64,000 nt of DNA. Origin: a virus (taxonomy: Duplodnaviria > Caudoviricetes). A model generated the notes under the pieces. The model had not been told where the DNA came from. It ran no database searches and worked only from the letters and a program-made list of their open reading frames with translations. Below, piece after piece: positions 9,381 to 19,541 of this stretch. Numbering within the stretch: the first letter of the stretch is position 1; every line of letters starts with the position of its first letter. The stretch is taken from the IMG/VR virus record IMGVR_UViG_3300043468_001158. The stretch is one strand, 5' to 3'. Position numbers and translations under genes: made by a program.

Positions 9381-9917
9381 TTATGGTGTTGGAGGTAAAA
9401 AAGATTCATATGTCGGAAGTGAAGCAATAAAATCATCCGGCTTTGGAAAGATTCCATTTTGGTCAAATGTTGCTAATGCAGTAAAAGCCGTTTCCCATAC
9501 TGAGTCACGCCACGCATTGAAAGCAACACTTTCAATTTGGAACTTTGTAACTGTAGAAGCAGTATATGAGCAAGCTGAAAGTAGATTATCATAACCATAT
9601 TCTTTTGCTTTACTTTCCATAAATGTTGATATTCCAGGAATATAATCATCTATAGTTATTGCAACATTTGCTAATGTAACGAAGTTATTAGATTCATCTA
9701 ATACTTGAATACCAGTTCCAATGGCTCTTTCACACATTTTTTTGTTGAAATCATCTGGAACTATAAAGCTAGAAATACTATCACTAATATCATCATGTCC
9801 GTTCCAATTTATTGTTCCGGTGAATATATCCGGAACAATTGAATAAGTAGTTTGGACATATTCTAAAAAAGAGTTTATGATTGAAACGTCTTTAGTTCTT
9901 ATTACTATATTTTTCAT
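9381..9917 (-). CDS. Fibre-associated protein (assembly-chaperone-like)
   Basis: 'AKEYGYDNLLSACSY...FNAWRDSVW' motif typical of small genes following phage fibre genes; family recognised by eye. Confidence 0.6.
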   Translation of the reverse strand: MKNIVIRTKDVSIINSFLEYVQTTYSIVPDIFTGTINWNGHDDISDSISSFIVPDDFNKKMCERAIGTGIQVLDESNNFVTLANVAITIDDYIPGISTFMESKAKEYGYDNLLSACSYTASTVTKFQIESVAFNAWRDSVWETAFTALATFDQNGIFPKPDDFIASLPTYESFLPPTP

Positions 9918-9922
9918 TTACA

Positions 9923-12880
9923 TTATCCCCATACAGATACAATTGGTTTTCCTTCATATTCTTGAATAGAATATGAAAAAAACGATTCATCATCAATGTC
10001 ATTAGACGCTGGACTCTTCAGATTCAAATAAAGTTCTTCGTTAGCTTGGTCATAATAGAACCAAGCTGCACCGTTATACGCCCAAGAATCACTTGTAGTA
10101 CCAGTATAAACGGGCCAATTTGTACCATCACTATGTTCGCACATATAAACACCAGCATCATATTTCAACACTGTTCCTGTAGAGTTTTTGTACGCTAATT
10201 GAATGTAAAGTTTCTTATGAATTGTTCTTGTAGAAGTAACGTCGGCATTTTCCCAATACCCTACAACTTGAACTTCAATAACTTTGGTATAAACAGTATT
10301 TGCAGCATTGGGTATTAAAATGCTAGTTGAAATAACAGTATTATTTGCAACTCCAGTTAGAACAACACGGCCTTCAGCAATAGTCTTTTTGATATTTGAA
10401 CCTGTCATTTTCCACAATGTTGCATTAGTAGGATTGAATGACAAACCAGATGGAGAAAGCTTGAAGTTTTCCTGATTGTTATACGTTCCTCTAATACCGA
10501 ATGAAGAATCCGGAAGTAATCCCATTCTTGCAGTATTTCCACCACCAGCATCAACTTGAACATATGAAGAAGCTGAAAGTGTTCCAGCAGTAATCTTTTG
10601 TGCAGACAAGTTTCCAATGTATGCATCACCAATAGCGGCTGCCGCAATATAAGTTGAGACATTACCTGCAGTGATTTGACCAGTAATGTTAGTACCAAAA
10701 GCAGCACCAACTGTTGCACCATCTTGAGGACGGCCAGCACCGAAGATTTTTGACCAATCTAAAGCAGCACCACCTGAAGCATCAAGTATGATGTTACCAG
10801 CTGGGTCTCGAATTGTCAATCCATTCGTATTGACTTTTGCTGCGTTTACCGAACCTGTAACAAGTAAGTTACCGTCAATGACTTGGCCTGGAGCAACCCA
10901 TGCACCTCCATTCCAATACTTGACCATTGCAAATGTTGAACCATCGCTAATCGTTACTTCGTCATTTACAACTACACCCGTTGGAAATCTTGCAAGAACC
11001 GTAGCATTAGCAGTAGCATCACTCCACGCACCACCTGATGCATAGAATGAAGATGAACCGCGCGTTCCCGGTTGTCCTGATGGACCTGATGGTCCATCAT
11101 TACCTTGGATTTTTGACCAAGTGTAATCAGCTGGATTAGTACTTTCAACTGATGTCAATTTATTTGCAGCAAGGCCAAGATATGTTTGATTTGTCCATGC
11201 ACCAGTAGTAAACCCAACTGTTCCTGTTGAATTGTTTGCGTATGCAAACCAAGTGTACGTAGGAGCACCGTCAGCTCCAGGAGTTCCTGGTACTCCAGCA
11301 TCACCTTGGATTTTTGACCAAGTATAAAGAGCAGGATTAGTGCTTTCAGTTGAACTTGTTTGATTGTTTGCGATACCAATATATGCTTGACCAGTATTAG
11401 CACCAGTAGTAAACCCAACAGTTCCAGTAGAGTTATCTGCATATGCAATCCATGTATACATTGAATTGCCTTGAGCACCAGCAGCACCAGTTGGACCAGT
11501 AGCTCCTTGAGCTCCAGTAGGTCCTTGGATTTTAGACCAAATGTAATCAGCTGGATTAGTGCTTTCAACTGAAGTTAGTTTGTTTGTTGCTAATCCCAAA
11601 TATGTTTGGTTAGTCCAAGCACCAGTAGTAAATCCTGATGTTCCATCTGCCGAGTTAGCATATGCAAACCAAGTGTAGGTTGTTTGCCCATTGGCTCCTG
11701 GAGTTCCAGGCACACCAGCATCTCCTTGAATTTTCGACCAAGTATAATCGACAGGATTAGTGCTTTCAGTAGAAGAAGTCTTGTTATTTGCTAAACCAAT
11801 GTATGTATGACCAGAAGAAGCACCTGTCGTAAAGTTCAATGTCCCGTCAGCCGAATTCGCATAAGCAATCCAAGTATACATCGAGTTACCTTGAGGACCT
11901 GCAGCACCTGTTGGTCCAGTTGCGCCTTGGTCACCTTGCATTTTAGACCAAGTGTAATCGGCTGGATTTTGACTTTCTGTTGCAGTCAGCTTATTGACTG
12001 CTAAACCTAAGTATGTCTGATTGGTCCATGCACCGGTAGTAAAACCAACAGTTCCTGTTGCGTTATTAGCATATGCAAACCAAGTATAAGTTGTTTCACC
12101 GTTGATACCTGGAGTTCCTGGAACTCCATCTTCACCTTGGATTTTAGACCAAACGTATTGAGTTGGATTAGTGCTTTCAACTGCAGACGTTTTGTTGTTT
12201 GCAATACCAATGTAAGTATGTCCCGAAGAAGCACCTGTCGTAAAGTTCAGTGTTCCGTCTGCTGAATTCGCATAAGCAATCCATGTAAACATCGAATCGC
12301 CTTGAGGACCCGCTGCCCCAGCAGAACCTGTAGTACCTTGAGCACCAGGAGGTCCTTGCATTTTTGACCAAGTGTAATCAGCAGGGTTAGTGCTTTCAGT
12401 TGGGGTTGTCTTATTGACAGCTATTCCCAAATAGGTCTGATTAGTCCATGCACCATTTGTGAAATTCACAGTTCCTGTTGCATTATCCGCATAAGCAAAC
12501 CAAGTGTATAGTGTTTGACCTGCAGGACCAGGACCACCTGTTTGACCCATCGGACCAGCAGGCCCAGTAGGTCCTTGAGGTCCCTCAACAACTTCGTTGA
12601 TACCACCATCAATACGGTCCCATGTAGAACCGTTGTATGATATAATGTCACCTAAGTTCCAGAAATCAATACCACCAATGTTGAATGTTCCTTGAACGGC
12701 AACTTTGTAGTAATGTCCTTTAGTTCCAGTTCCATTAGCGAGTGTTGGAGTATTCGTTGCTGCGTTCCAAGTTCCCTGATAGTTCAATGCACCTGTCACT
12801 GAATCAGGAATCAATCCAACCGGAAGTTTCCCAGTATTATCAACTGCTATTGTGTTTGTAAGAGCTGTAAGTAATGCCAT
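9923..12880 (-). CDS. Collagen-like repeat tail fibre / host-specificity protein
   Basis: Seven ~54-aa 'YTW(F/I)AYA...YxG...ESTNPxDYxWSKxQG' units separated by Gly-X-Y stretches; N-terminal YQGTWNA module. Confidence 0.8.
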   Translation of the reverse strand: MALLTALTNTIAVDNTGKLPVGLIPDSVTGALNYQGTWNAATNTPTLANGTGTKGHYYKVAVQGTFNIGGIDFWNLGDIISYNGSTWDRIDGGINEVVEGPQGPTGPAGPMGQTGGPGPAGQTLYTWFAYADNATGTVNFTNGAWTNQTYLGIAVNKTTPTESTNPADYTWSKMQGPPGAQGTTGSAGAAGPQGDSMFTWIAYANSADGTLNFTTGASSGHTYIGIANNKTSAVESTNPTQYVWSKIQGEDGVPGTPGINGETTYTWFAYANNATGTVGFTTGAWTNQTYLGLAVNKLTATESQNPADYTWSKMQGDQGATGPTGAAGPQGNSMYTWIAYANSADGTLNFTTGASSGHTYIGLANNKTSSTESTNPVDYTWSKIQGDAGVPGTPGANGQTTYTWFAYANSADGTSGFTTGAWTNQTYLGLATNKLTSVESTNPADYIWSKIQGPTGAQGATGPTGAAGAQGNSMYTWIAYADNSTGTVGFTTGANTGQAYIGIANNQTSSTESTNPALYTWSKIQGDAGVPGTPGADGAPTYTWFAYANNSTGTVGFTTGAWTNQTYLGLAANKLTSVESTNPADYTWSKIQGNDGPSGPSGQPGTRGSSSFYASGGAWSDATANATVLARFPTGVVVNDEVTISDGSTFAMVKYWNGGAWVAPGQVIDGNLLVTGSVNAAKVNTNGLTIRDPAGNIILDASGGAALDWSKIFGAGRPQDGATVGAAFGTNITGQITAGNVSTYIAAAAIGDAYIGNLSAQKITAGTLSASSYVQVDAGGGNTARMGLLPDSSFGIRGTYNNQENFKLSPSGLSFNPTNATLWKMTGSNIKKTIAEGRVVLTGVANNTVISTSILIPNAANTVYTKVIEVQVVGYWENADVTSTRTIHKKLYIQLAYKNSTGTVLKYDAGVYMCEHSDGTNWPVYTGTTSDSWAYNGAAWFYYDQANEELYLNLKSPASNDIDDESFFSYSIQEYEGKPIVSVWG

Positions 12881-12899
12881 GTTGTTATAGTTCCCTTAT

Positions 12900-13421
12900 T
12901 TAGATTAGCCACCAACCACGAGTATCATCAATATAGATCAATGTCGTAGCAGAGTTCAAAACGTCAATAGTAACATCTTGTGCTAAACCTTGAATGTTCT
13001 TACCGTTACGAGCAATTGTGCCGGTAGTAGTTCCTGATGCATTGATAATTCGAACAGTCCAATTAGGAAGAGGATTTGACGGAAGTGTAAGAACGCAAGA
13101 AGCAGTCATGACATATGTTTGTCCGTTTGTCAATTCGCCATTCGCTGCAATAAGAAGTGGTGCATTAGAAAATACTGCATATTTCAAATCAGCTTTATAA
13201 CCAATAACTTCTATCTTATCATTCAATGCAGCTGGAGTAGAAAGAACAACTGACATACCCGTGTTTGCAGTATATTGAGACGGGTTTAGATGAACCCCAT
13301 TCTTATACACATCAAGTGCAGTTGGATTGTATTGACAAGTGAAAGTTGTTTGACCGGCTGTTGCAGTAAAGACATTATGTGTTCTATACACATCATGAGC
13401 TTGTTGTCCAAGGAGTGCCAT
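12900..13421 (-). CDS. Virion structural protein sharing the TATAGQT module with 7427-9331
   Basis: 'TATAGQTTF...DVYKNGVHLNPSQY' vs 'TATAGQTVF...EIYQNGYRLLPSQY'. Confidence 0.65.
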   Translation of the reverse strand: MALLGQQAHDVYRTHNVFTATAGQTTFTCQYNPTALDVYKNGVHLNPSQYTANTGMSVVLSTPAALNDKIEVIGYKADLKYAVFSNAPLLIAANGELTNGQTYVMTASCVLTLPSNPLPNWTVRIINASGTTTGTIARNGKNIQGLAQDVTIDVLNSATTLIYIDDTRGWWLI

Positions 13422-13436
13422 AAGTTATGTCCTTAT

Positions 13437-13772
13437 TTATGCAGGAAGTGCTTGTTCAGCTGTTGCCAAGAAGCTAATAACTGCGTCACATGTTGCAGCA
13501 GATGACTTGATACTAATGACATCAGTTTCACGTAAAGTAATCGGCTTGTCAAAAATCAATGATGTGCCTGCAGGAATTGTCAAGTTCTTGCCAACATAAC
13601 GTGACCCGAATCCACCTTTGTTCAATGTAACCTGAATATCAACTGTGATAGTATTGATTGCATCAGTATTAGCAATATACAATGAATGGATAACACATTC
13701 ATAGTCAGCTGGACATGTATATAGCGGTGTTAGTGTAGTTCCAACAGCAATGGCTGCGTTTCTGAATGCCAT
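13437..13772 (-). CDS. Small beta-rich late protein
   Basis: 111 aa; late promoter upstream. Confidence 0.7.
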   Translation of the reverse strand: MAFRNAAIAVGTTLTPLYTCPADYECVIHSLYIANTDAINTITVDIQVTLNKGGFGSRYVGKNLTIPAGTSLIFDKPITLRETDVISIKSSAATCDAVISFLATAEQALPA

Positions 13773-13820
13773 AAGATAGGTACTCCGTACTTATTTGTTT
13801 GTTATTAAGAGATGATAAAC

Positions 13821-13828
13821 TATTTATA
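13821..13828 (-). promoter_or_regulatory. T4-type late promoter
   Basis: tatttata on + = TATAAATA on -, upstream of ORF ending at 13772. Confidence 0.7.
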
Positions 13829-13840
13829 GTTTTAGACTAT

Positions 13841-14617
13841 TTACCAAATAATGCGAACCATACCATCATTACCTGGACCACCTGCATAGTTTCCACCATT
13901 ATTGCCTGTAGTAGCACCACCTCCACCTCCAGCGCCAGGTCCAACACCTGCGGCACCGGAACCAGTTCCACCTACTCCACCGGTCGAATATCCAGGAACA
14001 TATCCACCAGCGCCACCATTTTGAGCAGATGAAGAAGCTGTGACAAAACCGCCACTAGTACCATTCACGCTATTTGTGCCAGAAGTCCCTCTGCCAGGTC
14101 TCCACCAAGTCCCACCACTAGTTGTAGGTTTTCCGCCATTAGCTGCAACTACAGTAGTTGTATTAATAGTTGAACTACCAGGTGTAGAACCTCCTGATTG
14201 GTTAAACGCTGGCCAAGCAGAACCCCCAGCACCAACTACACATGATAATACTTGACCAGGCGAAACATTTAGTGTTCCCGTCATAAGTGCTCCGGCACCA
14301 CCTCCACCTCCACCTGAACAATACGGGTCTTTTTCAGAACCACCACCACCACCAGCTCCACCACCAATAACTACATAAGATATTATGTAAATCCCAGATG
14401 GAACGGTAAAATTATACGTACCAGCAACTGATTGAGTCCAAGTTCCAGTTGAAAATGGTGGCTTTCCATAGAAATTACTTAGCGCGATGGTTCCCGAAGG
14501 AACCTCGGCTAAAGTACGAAGAGCACTTTCATTTAGACTAGATGTTGCATAAGTCCCTCTTCCAAGTTGAGTATTGATATTGCTAATTGATATTGTACCA
14601 GATGTTTGCAAAGCCAT
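13841..14617 (-). CDS. Glycine-rich distal fibre adhesin-like protein
   Basis: N-terminal 'MALQTSGTISISNI...SGTIALSNFYGK' followed by 'VIGGGAGGGGG' Gly-rich domain. Confidence 0.7.
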   Translation of the reverse strand: MALQTSGTISISNINTQLGRGTYATSSLNESALRTLAEVPSGTIALSNFYGKPPFSTGTWTQSVAGTYNFTVPSGIYIISYVVIGGGAGGGGGSEKDPYCSGGGGGGAGALMTGTLNVSPGQVLSCVVGAGGSAWPAFNQSGGSTPGSSTINTTTVVAANGGKPTTSGGTWWRPGRGTSGTNSVNGTSGGFVTASSSAQNGGAGGYVPGYSTGGVGGTGSGAAGVGPGAGGGGGATTGNNGGNYAGGPGNDGMVRIIW

Positions 14618-14661
14618 ATCTAATTCCCTTTATATGTAAGTTTTACTTTATGTACGCTGTA

Positions 14662-15333
14662 TTAAGGTGCTGGTTGAATTGAGGCAGCGGCAGCGGCAGC
14701 ATCAGCAGCAACGGTTTCAGCTTCAGTAGCTGCAGTTTGAGCGCTATTTGAATCAGACAATGCTTGTGCTGATGCATTTGATGAAGTAACTTGACCTAAT
14801 GCTATAGATGCTGCAGCTCGTGCAACATTAGCTGCATTTTGAGCGGCTTGAGCTGCGGCTAATGCAGCAACTGGGTCATTTGCTGATATAGCAGCATTTA
14901 CGTCTGCTAAAGCTGCTTCTGCAGCCACTTTAGCAGCAAGTACATCAGCAAGTGACGATGCAACAATAGATTCAACTGCGGCTATAGCAGCCTGTCTTGC
15001 AGCTTCAAGAGCAGCTAAGTCAGTATCACGTTTGATTGCTAAATGCAAGTACAATGAACGAATAGCAGTATAGATTTCGCCATAAGTCATAGTGTTTGCA
15101 GTATTATCACCAGTGTCTGGGTCAATTAGAGTAACTACAGTATCTTTGTTTGCCGGAGTAAAAGTTCCAAAAACATTTCCTAAATCACGGTGAGCTGCAC
15201 CATCAGGTAATACTACGACAAGTTCTTCATTGAACATGATTTCTGGATTTTGTCCATAAACATTCGAAATCGTAGCACTTTTAGCACGTTGATATGAAGT
15301 TGAATTGACATTAGATTCGTTATAGTTAGGCAT
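14662..15333 (-). CDS. Hypothetical protein with Ala-rich helical C-terminus
   Basis: 223 aa ORF in the same operon orientation. Confidence 0.7.
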   Translation of the reverse strand: MPNYNESNVNSTSYQRAKSATISNVYGQNPEIMFNEELVVVLPDGAAHRDLGNVFGTFTPANKDTVVTLIDPDTGDNTANTMTYGEIYTAIRSLYLHLAIKRDTDLAALEAARQAAIAAVESIVASSLADVLAAKVAAEAALADVNAAISANDPVAALAAAQAAQNAANVARAAASIALGQVTSSNASAQALSDSNSAQTAATEAETVAADAAAAAASIQPAP

Positions 15334-15345
15334 AAGTTTTTCCTT

Positions 15346-15990
15346 TTAGTTTGGATTAGTGTTTAGCGTTAGTGTATTTACGGTTTCTGGTGGCTTTTCT
15401 AATAGATTAGCCAATTGTCTTTCACCAGTCAATAAAAAGTTTTCTTCAAATCCACGAATGTTTTGAATATCCTGATGCATATTCATCAAGCTTTCACGAG
15501 CCCCATCTGCACCAGCTAATTGACGTTGTAGTCGTTGTTCAAAATGAATACTTTCTTCGTTTTCAAACTCTTCACGTGAATACTTAGGAAGAGCTTTGAA
15601 GTGTTCATATAATTGATTAAGTTCAACAACTGCATCATTGATAAGTTTGTTACTATAAGTTAAACCCTCCGTCTTCTGTTGAATTTCTAACTCAGCTCTT
15701 CTTCTATCAAACTTATTCGTTTCTGGATTTGCAATCTTTTCTTGAAGTTCTTCAATATCAATGTCCATTCGAAGACGGGAATACTTTGCTTCACGTAAAG
15801 CTTCAAGTTTGGACATCATTCTTAAACCTATTGAACGATAAGCTCTTGCTGGAGTTATTGAACCTCCAATCACAAAATTTTCCGTTTGAAATTGTGAGTT
15901 TTCAAACGGAATATTGTAAAAAGCTTCATTTAGCTCAGCAATAATATCATTGACATTTTCAGTATTGATCGTTGTTGTTATAGAGTTCAT
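15346..15990 (-). CDS. Hypothetical coiled-coil protein
   Basis: Likely start MNSITT at 15990 (tracked start 16074 overlaps the upstream gene); charged helical sequence. Confidence 0.7.
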   Translation of the reverse strand: MNSITTTINTENVNDIIAELNEAFYNIPFENSQFQTENFVIGGSITPARAYRSIGLRMMSKLEALREAKYSRLRMDIDIEELQEKIANPETNKFDRRRAELEIQQKTEGLTYSNKLINDAVVELNQLYEHFKALPKYSREEFENEESIHFEQRLQRQLAGADGARESLMNMHQDIQNIRGFEENFLLTGERQLANLLEKPPETVNTLTLNTNPN

Positions 15991-16021
15991 ATTATGTTTA
16001 TTAAGATTGTTAAAATTATAT

Positions 16022-18817
16022 TTATATAGCAGAAAGTGCTGCCGCTCTTGATTTAGGCACAGATAAAACTGCATCTCTAACTAAACATGTATTTGTTGAA
16101 TACAATAATTTATCAATCATTTTATATGAAACGGTATTTCCGAAATTAGAGCCACCTGCAATGTATCCTGATATTTCAGTTCCAAATCCTCGTCCAGCTT
16201 GTCTTGCTTGAGACATAGCAGCAATAGAAGTTCCATTCCAAGTATCAGTTGAAAATGTAAATTCATAAATCGCAGTAGTTGTTGAAGCTGAAGTTGTTCC
16301 GCCATAATAATATCCCTTCGTTGAGGAATTTGTTGCCCCAGCATTAGCTCGTGAAGTTGGGACAATGTTTCCTAATGAAGTTATTGTAGTATCTGTGCCA
16401 AATAACATTTTATCAGTTCTATTGAAATATGATGGAGTTGTATTCATTCCGCCATTCCAATATCCAGCACTTGACGAATTAAATGCTGCAACGGCATATC
16501 TTCCGGCTGATAAAGTGGCAGCTGTAGCATAATAGGCTTCTGTTGCAAATGTCCAACCGTCACATTTTGTATATGATGTTGTAGAAGCAGCATTACGACC
16601 ACCAGCCCAATAACCTTTTGATGCACTATTAACACCATCAAGATTTGCTCTCGCACCATCTGCTAAAACTTGAGCCGTATCAGAATATGCTTTAGATGAA
16701 TAAGAAAATTTGAAGATTTTGTTAGTAGTTGTGGTGCCGGCTACTAAGTCACCACCAGCAAAATAACCAGTAGTTACTGATGAAACTGCGCCTTGACATC
16801 TACTTGCTGGTGATATTGATGTTGATGATAAATAACATGCTTCAGATGAAAAATCATATACTTCAATACCACTTTGCATTACATTAGTATCATCCTTATA
16901 TCCTCCAAACAAATACCCACTTAAGTTATAGTTATTGAATAATGTAGCAGCTCCTACGGATGCTAAATCAGTTGTGGTAAAAGATAATGATAATGAAGTT
17001 GCTGACATTGCGCTTGAACTAAAATTTATAGCTTCAGTGCTGCTAAATCTAGTAGTTCCATTATAGCCACCAGAAATGTACCCATTTGTTAGGGATGAAC
17101 TTCCAGCAGCATCATATCGAGCAGTAGCTAATACTGAGCCATAAGTTCCAGTTGTCAATGATGAAGTTGATGTAGATAAGTGTGTAAATCCATTAACAGT
17201 TGTCACTGCTGAAGATGTCCAACCACCACAATAGAATGCAATAGAATATGAAGTCGACCCAACAGCTGTAGCACTATACCGTGATGTAGCAAAAGTTGCA
17301 GTTGCAGTAGTTGAAGTTTCACTTCCTAAATGGGTTCCTGATATGATAGATGATGTAGACCCGCCAACAGTTGAACCACCCATCATCCAACCATATGTAC
17401 TATTTGGCGCAGAAAAACCTGTCCCATAATAAAGCGGTGAAGGTATTGCATTACTAACTGCAACTCGAGATTCGGTATCAAACACAAAACCTTCAATTAA
17501 CCCAGTTACTGAAACACCTTGCCAACCTCCACATGAATATCCACGTGCATAACTTTGAAATGTAGACATAGCATATCGTGCAGTTGATAATGTCATCGAC
17601 GTTGTTTTTTGAACTTCGGTGCTATAATGAATACCATCAATTAGCGTCCGTGCAGTGCCATTAGTTCCTCCCAGAAAGTATCCAATTCTTGCTGATGAAA
17701 TACCACGAAGCGCGGTTCGTGCAAGTGAAAGATTAGAACCTGCAAAACGAGTAGAACCTAATGTTGCATAATCAATACATTCTATAAGCGTTGAGTATAC
17801 ACCAGATGAAGTATTTCCACCAGCAACATATGAACGACCTGTCATATTATGGAATACTCGGGTCCAAACACCAGCACCCATTGATTGACCAATACTTAGT
17901 GTGCTTGAAACATTTGTGGTTGCATGTGATAAGAATCCAATCTTTTTGATAGAAGATAAGATACTTGCTGCAGTATTTTCTCCACCTAACAAATAACCTG
18001 CTTGTGTAGAATTGACCCCTTGAGCATAAGTTGTTGCACTAGTAAAAACAGCAGAAACCGAAAAAGTTGTAGTTGATATGATATTGAAACCAGAAACATT
18101 CGTTTGACCACCTGATGAAGCCGCAGTACTTGAACCACTGGCACAAAAACCAACTGTTGTATTGTCTAATCCTGCTGCAGCCGTTCTAGCACTTCCTAAA
18201 ACTGCTGAAGGATTTAGTGATGTTATCGTACTAAATGTCAATCCATCAATTTCAGTTGAGACTGAACCTGAAACTCCGCCAATACCAAATCCTGTATCTG
18301 TTCCAGAAACCCCTGCAGGATATCCTCGAGCAACAGCTGCTCTAGTAGCATATACCCCAGATGAATAGGTTGAATAGTTTACGCTAGTAGTTGATTGAGA
18401 TTCGGTACCAATTGAACCGCCATTTGTTCCATAATATCCACTCCATAAAAAACCTGATGTCGGTCCATTCAAAGAGCCTGCATTGGTAATAGCTGAACCA
18501 AGAACTGCAGTTATTGCTAACATTGATTCTGTAGTGAAATTGATACCATCGATATCATTTACTCTTGTACCGGTATCAGAGTTATACCCCCCGCAAATTA
18601 GTCCAACAGTAGGACTTGATAATCCAGTACATTGTCTTCTTATGTTTGTGATAAACAATGCAGGAGTAAAAGTCGTTTCTGTTGCGTAATCAATAGCAGT
18701 AAACACATTCGTACTTGCTGCTGCCGGAGTTTTACCACCTACTGAATAACCAACACCTTGAAGTAAGCTAGGGTCAACTGTCGTAATATCAATATTTACT
18801 TTATAGAAGAAAGCCAT
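16022..18817 (-). CDS. Kelch-like beta-propeller repeat protein
   Basis: Roughly 19-20 repeats of ~46 aa, e.g. 'ATLSAGRYAVAAFNSSSAGYWNGG', with GG doublets and following Y/F. Confidence 0.65.
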   Translation of the reverse strand: MAFFYKVNIDITTVDPSLLQGVGYSVGGKTPAAASTNVFTAIDYATETTFTPALFITNIRRQCTGLSSPTVGLICGGYNSDTGTRVNDIDGINFTTESMLAITAVLGSAITNAGSLNGPTSGFLWSGYYGTNGGSIGTESQSTTSVNYSTYSSGVYATRAAVARGYPAGVSGTDTGFGIGGVSGSVSTEIDGLTFSTITSLNPSAVLGSARTAAAGLDNTTVGFCASGSSTAASSGGQTNVSGFNIISTTTFSVSAVFTSATTYAQGVNSTQAGYLLGGENTAASILSSIKKIGFLSHATTNVSSTLSIGQSMGAGVWTRVFHNMTGRSYVAGGNTSSGVYSTLIECIDYATLGSTRFAGSNLSLARTALRGISSARIGYFLGGTNGTARTLIDGIHYSTEVQKTTSMTLSTARYAMSTFQSYARGYSCGGWQGVSVTGLIEGFVFDTESRVAVSNAIPSPLYYGTGFSAPNSTYGWMMGGSTVGGSTSSIISGTHLGSETSTTATATFATSRYSATAVGSTSYSIAFYCGGWTSSAVTTVNGFTHLSTSTSSLTTGTYGSVLATARYDAAGSSSLTNGYISGGYNGTTRFSSTEAINFSSSAMSATSLSLSFTTTDLASVGAATLFNNYNLSGYLFGGYKDDTNVMQSGIEVYDFSSEACYLSSTSISPASRCQGAVSSVTTGYFAGGDLVAGTTTTNKIFKFSYSSKAYSDTAQVLADGARANLDGVNSASKGYWAGGRNAASTTSYTKCDGWTFATEAYYATAATLSAGRYAVAAFNSSSAGYWNGGMNTTPSYFNRTDKMLFGTDTTITSLGNIVPTSRANAGATNSSTKGYYYGGTTSASTTTAIYEFTFSTDTWNGTSIAAMSQARQAGRGFGTEISGYIAGGSNFGNTVSYKMIDKLLYSTNTCLVRDAVLSVPKSRAAALSAI

Positions 18818-18833
18818 GATTCATTCTCCTATA

Positions 18834-19496
18834 TTAAGCAACCCAAAGAGTATCAAAATCAATAGCTCGTAATTGTGCAAGAGTAGTTGAATTGTTGATA
18901 GCTTCCGCAATAGATTTCTCTTTATTGAAACAAGATTGAACATGAGTAATCACAGCAGAAGCAAGAGCACTAATTGCAGATGCATCTAATGATACCCATG
19001 AACCATCACTTGCTTTCCAATTGATAGTAATTGACGGATTGATAAGTGATGCAGTATAAGCTCCATTCAAAGTTGCTTGGGATTCTCTGTCAGTTTTGAT
19101 AGCGCTTCCATTGACATCAATACTGGCTACTTCTTTGTCATAACGATAGTTTGCTAATTGATTGAGCATTTGAACTTTACCTTCAGTTAGAATACTTGCT
19201 ACTTGTTGAGCAACAGTAGTAGTGACTCCATTTTCAGTGCTATCAGATAAAGTATCTTCGATAGGGGTGGTGACATAGGTTTGTTTCCATACTCCATTGT
19301 CAAGCGCTGGGGCTTGACGAACGGATTCTGTAAAACGTGGAGCATCATAAGGAAAAGCCGCTATTTCTAGCGGTTCAAATCCAATTGAGCTAAGGTGTGC
19401 AATATCAATGATTTGTGGAAAACAAATGTGTTCAAAGCGACGTTTGATTTCTTCGTATGATACTGGTTGTAATGTTGCGACTTCTAAAAATTGCAT
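18834..19496 (-). CDS. DUF4376-like fibre-associated protein
   Basis: 'RYDKEVASIDVNG...TDRESQATL...WKASDGSWVSL...HVQSCF' matches my recollection of DUF4376. Confidence 0.65.
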   Translation of the reverse strand: MQFLEVATLQPVSYEEIKRRFEHICFPQIIDIAHLSSIGFEPLEIAAFPYDAPRFTESVRQAPALDNGVWKQTYVTTPIEDTLSDSTENGVTTTVAQQVASILTEGKVQMLNQLANYRYDKEVASIDVNGSAIKTDRESQATLNGAYTASLINPSITINWKASDGSWVSLDASAISALASAVITHVQSCFNKEKSIAEAINNSTTLAQLRAIDFDTLWVA

Positions 19497-19541
19497 AATG
19501 GTTTATCTCCGAGTGAATGTTAGTATATGATGTATTTAGTA

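Noticed and set aside
9923-12880. CRISPR-like repeat array
   Set aside because: Repeats are in-frame, degenerate protein repeats with synonymous variation, not identical repeats with unique spacers
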